Source of the DNA: Penicillus capitatus
Taxonomy: Eukaryota > Plantae > Chlorophyta
Assembly: GCA_965649825.1 (NCBI GenBank)
Contig: OZ287707.1
Span: 1 to 64,000 of the forward strand
Length of the DNA: 64,000 nt
Direction of reading: 5' to 3'
Part shown: piece after piece, positions 1-10,867 of the stretch
Layout: each line of letters opens with the position of its first letter
Numbering within the stretch: the stretch's first letter is position 1
Program-made: the position numbers and the translations under genes
Notes under the pieces: model-generated
Seen by the model: the letters and a program-made list of their open reading frames with translations, nothing else
Told to the model about the DNA's origin: nothing
The model's database searches: none

Positions 1-3000
1 ACGATTTCAACTCCGTACGACACCGCCCAAAGCCAAACGAGCTTGCACCGATCGGCATCCGCGGTGTGTCCCGAGGCGTCCCGCACCCGTCTGCGTCGAA
101 GACTGCCGACGGTCGGCCCTCCGTGGGCCGTAGTGTGCCGAAATGTCGAATCCGGAAAGGTCGCGCCACAGCCCGAGGACGCCGCCGTCGGGCTCCAACC
201 AAGGGTCCGTCCGCATCCACTCGACCCCGCCGACACATTGCCGCCCTCGCTGGACCGTGTCGCCGGCGTCATCGTGCACTTCCAGATCGTACTGACAGGC
301 CAGGTTACACCTGATGCGACGTAACGGCCTCGATTTCAACCAAGTACGACACCGCCCAAAGCCAAACGAGCTTGCACCGATCGGCATCCGCGGTGTGTCC
401 CGAGGCGTCCCGCACCCGTCTGCGTCGAAGACTGCCGACGGTCGGCCCTCCGTGGGCCGTAGTGTGCCGAAATGTCGAATCCGGAAAGGTCGCGCCACAG
501 CCCGAGGACGCCGCCGTCGGGCTCCAACCAAGGGTCCGTCCGCATCCACTCGACCCCGCCGACACATTGCCGCCCTCGCTGGACCGTGTCGCCGGCGTCA
601 TCGTGCACTTCCAGATCGTACTGACAGGCCAGGTTACACCTGATGCGACGTAACGGCCTCGATTTCAACCAAGTACGACACCGCCCAGAGCCAAACGAGC
701 TTGCACCGATCGGCATCCGCGGTGTGTCCCGAGGCGTCCCGCACCCGTCTGCGTCGAAGACTGCCGACGGTCGGCCCTCCGTGGGCCGTAGTGTGCCGAA
801 ATGTCGAATCCGGAAAGGTCGCGCCACAGCCCGAGGACGCCGCCGTCGGGCTCCAACCAAGGGTCCGTCCGCATCCACTCGACCCCGCCGACACATTGCC
901 GCCCTCGCTGGACCGTGTCGCCGGCGTCATCGTGCACTTCCAGATCGTACTGACAGGCCAGGTTACACCTGATGCGACGTAACGGCCTCGATTTCAACCA
1001 AGTACGACACCGCCCAGAGCCAAACGAGCTTGCACCGATCGGCATCCGCGGTGTGTCCCGAGGCGTCCCGCACCCGTCTGCGTCGAAGACTGCCGACGGT
1101 GGGCCCTCCGTGGGCCGCAATCTGCCGAAATGTCGAATCCGGAAACGCCGCGCCACAGGTCGAGCACGCCGCCGTCGGGCTCCAACCAAGGGTCCGTCGG
1201 CATCCACTCGACCCCGCCGACACATCCCCACCCTCGCTCGACCGTGTCGCCGGCGTCATCGTGCACTTCCAGATCGTACTGACAGGCCAGGTTACACCTG
1301 ATGCGACGTAACGGCCACGATTTCAACTCCGTACGACACCGCCCAAAGCCAAACGAGCTTGCACCGATCGGCATCCGCGGTGTGTCCCGAGGCGTCCCGC
1401 ACCCGTCTGCGTCGAAGACTGCCGACGGTCGGCCCTCCGTGGGCCGTAGTGTGCCGAAATGTCGAATCCGGAAAGGTCGCGCCACAGCCCGAGGACGCCG
1501 CCGTCGGGCTCCAACCAAGGGTCCGTCCGCATCCACTCGACCCCGCCGACACATTGCCGCCCTCGCTGGACCGTGTCGCCGGCGTCATCGTGCACTTCCA
1601 GATCGTACTGACAGGCCAGGTTACACCTGATGCGACGTAACGGCCTCGATTTCAACCAAGTACGACACCGCCCAGAGCCAAACGAGCTTGCACCGATCGG
1701 CATCCGCGGTGTGTCCCGAGGCGTCCCGCACCCGTCTGCGTCGAAGACTGCCGACGGTCGGCCCTCCGTGGGCCGTAGTGTGCCGAAATGTCGAATCCGG
1801 AAAGGTCGCGCCACAGCCCGAGGACGCCGCCGTCGGGCTCCAACCAAGGGTCCGTCCGCATCCACTCGACCCCGCCGACAAATTCCCACCCTCGCTTGAC
1901 CGTGTCGCCGGCGTCATCGTGCACTTCCAGATCGTACTGACAGGCCAGGTTACACCTGATGCGACGTAACGGCCTCGATTTCAACCAAGTACGACACCGC
2001 CCAGAGCCAAACGAGCTTGCACCGATCGGCATCCGCGGTGTGTCCCGAGACGTCCCGCACCCGTCTGCGTCGAAGACTGCCGACGGTGGGCCCTCCGTGG
2101 GCCGCAATCTGCCGAAATGTCGAATCCGGAAAGGCCGCGCCACAGCCCGAGGACGCCGCCGTCGGGCTCCAACCAAGGGTCCGTCGGCATCCACTCGACC
2201 CCGCCGACACATTGCCGCCCTCGCTGGACCGTGTCGCCGGCGTCATCGTGCACTTCCAGATCGTACTGACAGGCCAGGTTACACCTGATGCGACGTAACG
2301 GCCTCGATTTCAACCAAGTACGACACCGCCCAAAGCCAAACGAGCTTGCACCGATCGGCATCCGCGGTGTGTCCCGAGGCGTCCCGCACCCGTCTGCGTC
2401 GAAGACTGCCGACGGTGGGCCCTCCGTGGGCCGCAATCTGCCGAAATGTCGAATCCGGAAAGGTCGCGCCACAGCCCGAGGACGCCGCCGTCGGGCTCCA
2501 ACCAAGGGTCCGTCCGCATCCACTCGACCCCGCCGACAAATTCCCACCCTCGCTTGACCGTGTCGCCGGCGTCATCGTGCACTTCCAGATCGTACTGACA
2601 GGCCAGGTTACACCTGATGCGACGTAACGGCCTCGATTTCAACCAAGTACGACACCGCCCAGAGCCAAACGAGCTTGCACCGATCGGCATCCGCGGTGTG
2701 TCCCGAGACGTCCCGCACCCGTCTGCGTCGAAGACTGCCGACGGTGGGCCCTCCGTGGGCCGTGGTTTGCCCAAATGTCGAATCCGGAAAGGCCGCGCCA
2801 CAGCCCGAGGACGCCGCCGTCGGGCTCCAACCAAGGGTCCGTCGGCATCCACTCGACCCCGCCGACACATTGCCGCCCTCGCTGGACCGTGTCGCCGGCG
2901 TCATCGTGCACTTCCAGATCGTACTGACAGGCCAGGTTACACCTGATGCGACGTAACGGCCTCGATTTCAACCAAGTACGACACCGCCCAGAGCCAAACG

Positions 3001-3772
3001 AGCTTGCACCGATCGGCATCCGCGGTGTGTCCCGAGGCGTCCCGCACCCGTCTGCGTCGAAGACTGCCGACGGTGGGCCCTCCGTGGGCCGCAATCTGCC
3101 GAAATGTCGAATCCGGAAAGGTCGCGCCACAGCCCGAGGACGCCGCCGTCGGGCTCCAACCAAGGGTCCGTCCGCATCCACTCGACCCCGCCGACACATT
3201 GCCGCCCTCGCTGGACCGTGTCGCCGGCGTCATCGTGCACTTCCAGATCGTACTGACAGGCCAGGTTACACCTGATGCGACGTAACGGCCTCGATTTCAA
3301 CCAAGTACGACACCGCCCAGAGCCAAACGAGCTTGCACCGATCGGCATCCGCGGTGTGTCCCGAGGCGTCCCGCACCCGTCTGCGTCGAAGACTGCCGAC
3401 GGTGGGCCCTCCGTGGGCCGCAATCTGCCGAAATGTCGAATCCGGAAACGCCGCGCCACAGGTCGAGCACGCCGCCGTCGGGCTCCAACCAAGGGTCCGT
3501 CGGCATCCACTCGACCCCGCCGACACATCCCCACCCTCGCTCGACCGTGTCGCCGGCGTCATCGTGCACTTCCAGATCGTACTGACAGGCCAGGTTACAC
3601 CTGATGCGACGTAACGGCCACGATTTCAACTCCGTACGACACCGCCCAAAGCCAAACGAGCTTGCACCGATTGGCATCCGCGGTGTGTCCCGAGGCGTCC
3701 CGCACCCGTCTGCGTCGAAGATTGCCGACGGTGGGCCCTCCGTCGGCCGTGGTCTGCCGAAATGTCGAATCC
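1..3772. repeat. 329-bp GC-rich tandem satellite, ~11.5 copies, runs off the 5' end of the window
   Basis: Period of 329 seen directly (same motif at 1, 330, 659, 988, ...). Copies differ only by a few recurring substitution blocks. The ORF track repeats every 329 bp. Confidence 0.98.
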
Positions 3773-5764
3773 CGGTGTAACCTGTTACACCGAACACGCC
3801 CCGCCGACGACTCTCGGGAAACGCCACGGACGGTCGCCGGCGACCGACGCGGCCGTTTGCACGCCCTCTCGGCGACCATCGCGGGCCTCTGTGGACGTCC
3901 GCGGCGTTCCTCCCGCTCGGATGCACCCGGAACCGGGTCACGGAGATGTGACGTGTTCGGTGTAACAGGTTACACTGCTCGCGCGGCTCGCGCGGTTACA
4001 CCTCGGTGTAACCTGTTACACCGAACACGCCCCGCCGACGACTCTCGGGAAACGCCACGGACGGTCGCCGGCGACCGACGCGGCCGTTTGCACGCCCTCT
4101 CGGCGACCATCGCGGGCCTCTGTGGACGTCCGCGGCGTTCCTCCCGCTCGGATGAAGCCGGAACCGGGCCACGGTGATGTGACGTGTTCGGTGTAACAGG
4201 TTACACTGCTCGCGCGGCTCGCGCGGTTACACCTCGGTGTAACCTGTTACACCGAACACGCCCCGCCGACGACTCTCGGGAAACGCCACGGACGGTCGCC
4301 GGCGACCGACGCGGCCGTTTGCACGCCCTTTCGGCGACCATCGCGGGCCTCTGTGGACGTCCGCGGCGTTCTTCCCGCTCGGATGAAGCCGGAACCGGGC
4401 CACGGTGATGTGACGTGTTCGGTGTAACAGGTTACACTGCTCGCGCGGCTCGCGCGGTTACACCTCGGTGTAACCTGTTACACCGAACACGCCCCGCCGA
4501 CGACTCTCGGGAAACGCCACGGACGGTCGCCGGCGACCGACGCGGCCGTTTGCACGCCCTCTCGGCGACCATCGCGGGCCTCTGTGGACCTCCGCGGCGT
4601 TCCTCCCGCTCGGATGAAGCCGGAACCGGGCCACGGTGATGTGACGTGTTCGGTGTAACAGGTTACACTGCTCGCGCGGCTCGCGCGGTTACACCTCGGT
4701 GTAACCTGTTACACCGAACACGCCCCGCCGACGACTCTCGGGAAACGCCACGGACGGTCGCCGGCGACCGACGCGGCCGTTTGCACGCCCTCTCGGCGAC
4801 CATCGCGGGCCTCTGTGGACGTCCGCGGCGTTCCTCCCGCTCGGATGCACCCGGAACCGGGTCACGGAGATGTGACGTGTTCGGTGTAACAGGTTACACT
4901 GCTCGCGCGGCTCGCGCGGTTACACCTCGGTGTAACCTGTTACACCGAACACGCCCCGCCGACGACTCTCGGGAAACGCCACGGACGGTCGCCGGCGACC
5001 GACGCGGCCGTTTGCACGCCCTCTCGGCGACCATCGCGGGCCTCTGTGGACGTCCGCGGCGTTCCTCCCGCTCGGATGAAGCCGGAACCGGGCCACGGTG
5101 ATGTGACGTGTTCGGTGTAACAGGTTACACTGCTCGCGCGGCTCGCGCGGTTACACCTCGGTGTAACCTGTTACACCGAACACGCCCCGCCGACGACTCT
5201 CGGGAAACGCCACGGACGGTCGCCGGCGACCGACGCGGCCGTTTGCACGCCCTCTCGGCGACCATCGCGGGCCTCTGTGGACGTCCGCGGCGTTCTTCCC
5301 GCTCGGATGAAGCCGGAACCGGGCCACGGTGATGTGACGTGTTCGGTGTAACAGGTTACACTGCTCGCGCGGCTCGCGCGGTTACACCTCGGTGTAACCT
5401 GTTACACCGAACACGCCCCGCCGACGACTCTCGGGAAACGCCACGGACGGTCGCCGGCGACCGACGCGGCCGTTTGCACGCCCTCTCGGCGACCATCGCG
5501 GGCCTCTGTGGACCTCCGCGGCGTTCCTCCCGCTCGGATGAAGCCGGAACCGGGCCACGGTGATGTGACGTGTTCGGTGTAACAGGTTACACTGCTCGCG
5601 CGGCTCGCGCGGTTACACCTCGGTGTAACCTGTTACACCGAACACGCCCCGCCGACGACTTCGGCCGACGACTCTCGGGGAACGCCACGGACGGTCGCCG
5701 GCGACCGACGCGGCCGTTTGCACGCCCTCTCGGCGACCATCGCGGGCCTCTGTGGACGTCCGCG
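3773..5764. repeat. 231-bp tandem repeat, ~8.6 copies; each unit = 201-bp TIR-bounded cassette + 30-bp spacer
   Basis: Units start at 3773, 4004, 4235, ... 5621. GTGTAACCTGTTACACCGAACACG (3775-3798) is the exact reverse complement of 3952-3975. The last unit has a short internal duplication near 5651-5664. Confidence 0.97.
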
Positions 5765-7900
5765 TCTTGCGCGGGGCATCCCGTTTTACATTATCTTGAT
5801 GATGCGATTGTGGGGGCCGGACTCTAAGGGAACTGGATGTACGAACGTCAGGCTTTGCTGACAACGTCGAAGAGCTATGGCCTGCAGGTGCAGTCGAAGA
5901 ATAGGACCCGTTGTGTTCTTGTTGCGGTGGAAGACCATCAGTTGTGTTTTATTTGGGTTTATCTTCATGACATTCTCCGTAGCCAATTGTGTTATCTGAT
6001 TGAGGGCTTGCTGCATGTTGTCACTGGCTACGTCCGCATACATGTCATCGAGGAAGCAATAAAGGAGGAGATCATCGGCATAAAGAAGTGGACGAATCAC
6101 TACTGGCAACGAGGATGTAAGGTCAGAGGCATAGATGGCATAGAGGATCGGACTCAAAGGACTTCCTTGAGCTAGTCCTCGCGAAGGTTGTATCAGGTGG
6201 CCCTGCCCTTGGACAGATGTGCAAGTCATACGTTGAATGAGGAATGACCCCAGCAGTCGAAGAAGTGCATCGGGAAACACACCAAATGACTTCAATTTCT
6301 TCCCGAACGGGAAGGGGCAAATGCGGTCATACGCCCCTGCAAACTCTAGACTAATCGCTAGCAGGCGGCTGCGATTAATGTATGCATGGAAGATATCATC
6401 AGTAATCTGCCACAACGGTTGACTGGTGGTCCGGCCTGCGCGGAATCCGTATTGTTCCGGAGGTAGGACATGGCACGATTCGGCGAGGCGGGAAAGGCGT
6501 TTGGAAAGAATTGTTTCGAGGACCTTGGAGAAACAATTGAGTAGTGCAATTGGCCTGAAATCGCTGGCCTGATCTCCATTCATTCGGGGCTTCAAAACGT
6601 TTCAGATTTGAGCCTGCTTCCATGCTCGAGGATAGTGTCCACAGAGAATGGTGCCAGAATACAAGGCTTGCAGATAAGGCGATGATATATCTGCACATCG
6701 TGCGAGGACAAGATACGGGATGTTGTCAGGCCCTGGTGCAGTTTTCTTTTTCCGATGTCCGATTTGCTCGTAGACTTCAGCGTGGGATATTGATTGGCCC
6801 TCAAGCAACTGAGGCAGATCGTTTTTCCATTGGGTGTATTCGTCTTGAACCAGATCCGTAGAATGGGTGTACATTACCCTCATACCTGGCACGCACTTTC
6901 GATGGGGTGGCCCGTTACTCTCATGTGAAGAATGAGAATTATTTCTACTCCAATTGCTTGGAAGGACATGACACAAAGAACAACTGTCCAGTATACTTAA
7001 CGAAGCATAACTTTAAAGAGGCTCAAATCTGGAGCCATTGATCGACTACATGTTCTAAAAGCAAAGTTCAACGGTGAGCTAACTGTGAGAAAATACTCCA
7101 AGGTTTGCTCCTATGTTAAAACAAGCCAGTCCATGCGATTTCATTCTCTCTGTAGGCCATTCTGATGGATCGCATTAACTAACTAGTTAGACGAGAGAAG
7201 ATCCTTGGACGAGATACAATTCTTGTCCAAGCAAGTCACTCAGCGAGGACGCATTATTTTCCGTTCCGCATCGGTGCTTTCCTTACGTTAAGATGCTGAA
7301 GCATCACGGTTTCCATGTGACATGCATTTGAGCGTTCGCAGAGGTACGGGTGCACAGTTTCGCCGCCCAAGTCATAAAGATACTCGAAACCTCGCCAATC
7401 CTCTTTCCTATGGAAAGGGCTATTCTATCATAGAATTCATGATCTGTACAGATGTACCGAGGTCTGGATGTTTTTCGTACGAATTGCCTGGATCGTGACG
7501 ATCAGAGAATGGATTTTCCTGTTCCTGTTTGATGACAAAGTAAGAACGACGCTCTCTCAGTTAGAGCTAAAGATTGATGGCACACATCATTAATGTCAAC
7601 AACCCCACAGAGTCAAAGCACTCGTTCCGGAGCATTGTTTTGACGTCTGAGTCGAAAAGAGCTTTCTTCATGCGCGGCTGCAGAGGGAGCGCTGTTGGGA
7701 TCGATTTAATGACAGGTTCAAAGTCGAGTCGGTTCTTCTCGCAACGAACGAACGGAAACGCAAGCGGATTTACTCAGATACGAACGGGAGTTGATTACAG
7801 GCGAATGTTAGCCTTTAAATACCCCAATGGTTAAGGATTTCCTAACCTCCTGACCTAACAGCTGCGAACTCTAGCGCAAATTCAATAACCACAGCCGACT
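5765..7900 (-). mobile_element. Degenerate non-LTR retrotransposon (LINE): RT domain plus decayed upstream ORF remnants
   Basis: ORFs 6602-6976 and 5786-6595 carry LINE RT motifs APGPDNI, FRPIALLNCFSKVLE, QYGFR, QGSPLSPILY and LLYADD, separated by an in-frame TGA. Upstream sequence is full of stops and frameshifts. No 3' UTR or poly(A) before the 231-bp array. Right boundary approximate. Confidence 0.9.
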
Positions 7901-8631
7901 GTTATTAGGAAGTTAGCCAAGGGAGCCGACATCCGTCGCGACTGATGGTTCGCGCGCCAAGATGGTTATGAAACGACTCGACCGCTTCCGGTGGTTATGG
8001 GCGTATGAAAGTTGACTACATATCCATGAAGCGCACGTCCGAGAGAGTCCATTGCCTGGATGGACTTAAAGGGACTTGCCAACAAGAATCGACAGCGGCA
8101 TTTTTGAGCGTTCGAGTTACCACTCATGTCACAGAGCTGCAAATGAAAAGGCAAGCCGAAGGATATCACATGTTGCTCTGCCATCGATGCTAACAGTTTA
8201 CAAGGCACATACTGTGCAGGCCAGAACAGATCCAGATGCGTTCGAGCTGCCTCGCACGCGCGCCTGCATGCGTGGCTGACTTCAAAACAGATCATTGTTC
8301 ATGTAGACGTATGCGCTAGAGGTCTTGTCTGTATCCTAGCGTTCTGACGGCGCCGAGCACCGAGTCTTCCTGTCATTTCTCTGTCTCTACGGACAAGCCA
8401 CGACGCTATCACTATGACAACAAAAACTGGCGACCTTAGACTTGTCCAGCATTCATATTCATATTGCACACTGCACACAAACCGTGGATTCTTGTGCTCA
8501 AAATCATCTAGTCCTTTTGAAGTCGTGATATGATAGACAGAACCCAAAGTCCGATCTGGTGCGCACAGCCAGGTGCTAAGTCTCTATCTCTCATTAGACA
8601 CGTCTTGACCCTTCGATTTTCTGCATTCAAC

Positions 8632-10223
8632 TCAGAGACCATCCGTCGCTTTGATCATCATATCTTTCAAAAGAGCTGAGTGTTCAAAGCCGTGCGTGAG
8701 ATGCAAGCAGACAACGACAGCACTTGCACACTTTCCTGTCTGAATGAGGCAGTGGACGAGATTGTGGCCGAAGGCAGGGGCGTTGTTGCCCGACTGTCTA
8801 CCATACATACCATTGCCACCTTCCACCGTCACTCTATGGTTGCGACATACCTCAAAGCTGTCGAGTAATGGATCAGCTGCTTCGCTATAAGATCGCTGTT
8901 TCTCTGCTATCCTTCCCACAGCTCAAAGGCTGGCACAAATGAACGGTTCGATGAAGAGCTCTTTTGCAAAGGCCTCGAGCTTGTTCGAGCTTTCCTGTCC
9001 ACAGTATCGACTTGTTATTACGTATCATCGCATTCCTCCAAATGACACCTTCTTTCACTCCATGCAGGGCGAGGAGGGCCGATGCTCTCTCGAAATCGCC
9101 GCGATAGGCGTAGTTAAATCGCAATCTCTATGTGTACTCTCGTGTGATACTTGCCAAGCATGTCGATCTTCACCTGCAGCTTTCTTAGTTCGTGTTTGGC
9201 TCTGTGTGCATCTCCCAACCGCTGATAGCCTATGGCAAGAGCCAGAAAACCGGAGCCTTAGGTACATGTTTATCCTTCGACAGACTGGATAGCGTTGATA
9301 TGGCGTTCTGCACTTCAGAAGGCCTCAGCATACGTATATAGCTATTGAAAACAGCATAACGAATGTTGGAGTCTTTTGTGTAGACGACCTGATCCGCAAA
9401 GCTAGCGAGAGACGAGGTTATGGCAATATACTTGATCAAGAAGTGCACGAGCCGCTTTCTGTCTTCTCTCTTCATCTCGATCATCATCGCAGCCCTTCCA
9501 GAGACGCCACAGACAGTCCATATCCAACACCATTTCAAAAATGACAGACTCGCGCAACTTCTCATCTTTCTCTGCCGGTGCAAAAAGACGAAGTTCGGAC
9601 AACTTATTGCCATTGTACCCTCACAGAGACCAGATCAAAAGGCCCATTCAGGTGAACCACGCAGCATGGTATCTGCATACGACTTCATTTCGCCAGAACG
9701 GCCAGAGAAGCGAAGAACACGAATCAGCAGTTCGATGGCATCTATATACTGAGGGAATCTCTTCAGTACTTCCTTCAAAGCATTGATTGCATCTTACAAC
9801 CCAAAAGAATGTATCGCGGCGGAATTAAGGATGCAAAACGATCTTTGTTACTTACAAGCCGACGTCTTCGAAGAACGTGTCAATTGTTTTTTTGATTTTT
9901 GTAATGCTGTCGTCGATTTTTGTCGTATTTTCTCTGACGACGTTCTCCATTTCTTTGACACCGTTCCAGATCTCTTTTATGGCCTCTAAAATTGGGCGGT
10001 GGATTTCTAAGGAGTTGTCGCCGTTGTCTTTTCTTGTCTGAAATTCTTCTTCGATCTGCTCCAGTCTTAAGTCTAAGCTTTGTATTTTGGGTGCAGTGGC
10101 CTCTACGTAGCATTGTGTCAGACTTTGCGCTGCTTCGGACGACTGGCCAACAACTATAAAAACCATGAATAAAAGACAACAGGAATCGACACTTACAAGG
10201 TTGCTTAAGGAATTCTTCTTCAC
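8632..10223 (-). pseudogene. Possible decayed coiled-coil/TPR-like protein gene
   Basis: 123-aa ORF 9852-10223 (hydrophobic N-terminal segment, then coiled coil) ends at a GTAAGT donor. Downstream fragments such as ALAIGYQRLGDAHRAKHELRKA look helical-repeat-like but are broken by stops. Confidence 0.3.
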
Positions 10224-10428
10224 GTCCGATAAAGCGTGTTATTTGCGCAAGGCGCAACTGCTTTTCGTTCATCATTCGATGAAAGAAATTGTGCGTAGCC
10301 CTGTTTGAATAAAACTCGCACTCCAAAATGTACGATTGCGCTGGCGTGATTCTGTCTTGCGCCCGATTCGTCATTTAATTCGCCACACTGATGAGCTCGG
10401 CGCAAAACAGCTGTATAAATACCTGCCG

Positions 10429-10533
10429 GATAGCGTATCGGATGCGACCGATAGCGTATCGGATGCGACCGATAGCGTATCGGATGCGACCGATAGCGTA
10501 TCGGATGCGACCGATAGCGTATCGGATGCGACC
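10429..10533. repeat. Perfect 21-bp minisatellite (GATAGCGTATCGGATGCGACC)x5
   Basis: Five identical copies read directly. Confidence 0.97.
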
Positions 10534-10867
10534 TGGACAACGTTCGTCGATCGTAGTCGATCGTCAGTGCATCATCGCCTCTTGTCGGAGTAATCGCGAT
10601 CGAATTAGCAATCCCTGTCGGGAAATGGGTTCGATGGTGAACGAATTGATGTGACAACTACTGTGAAAAGAACCATGAAGGTGTTTGTTTGTGCATTGTT
10701 CCTCCTAAAACTCTCCTTATCGAGGATGTTTTCTCGAGATTTCTGACAATCCCCTAAGTCTATTACCAACCTAAGCTTTCTTTGCTTGGACTTCGGAATG
10801 ACTGTAAAAATAAGGCGCCATCTCGATGGAACGTTGATGGGACGTCGCTGTAATAACGGCATCTTTC

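Noticed and set aside
330-420. 329-bp unit as a 5S rDNA repeat (minus-strand TTGGGCGGTGTCGTACTTGGTTG resembles the 5S internal control region)
   Set aside because: Similarity is short and gapped, the flanks do not match 5S, and the expected 5'/3' terminal helix cannot form. An Infernal search with RF00001 would settle it.
3775-5640. GGTTACAC as telomeric repeat (like fission-yeast telomeres)
   Set aside because: The motif occurs in both orientations inside long monomers, not as a strand-biased simple tandem run.
1-5764. CRISPR-like array
   Set aside because: Whole units are repeated with no unique spacers, there are no cas genes, and the context is eukaryotic.
1-5827. Dozens of overlapping ORFs in the satellite arrays
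   Set aside because: They recur with the repeat period in several frames on both strands, are Arg/Pro/Gly-rich by-products of high GC, and show no domain motifs.
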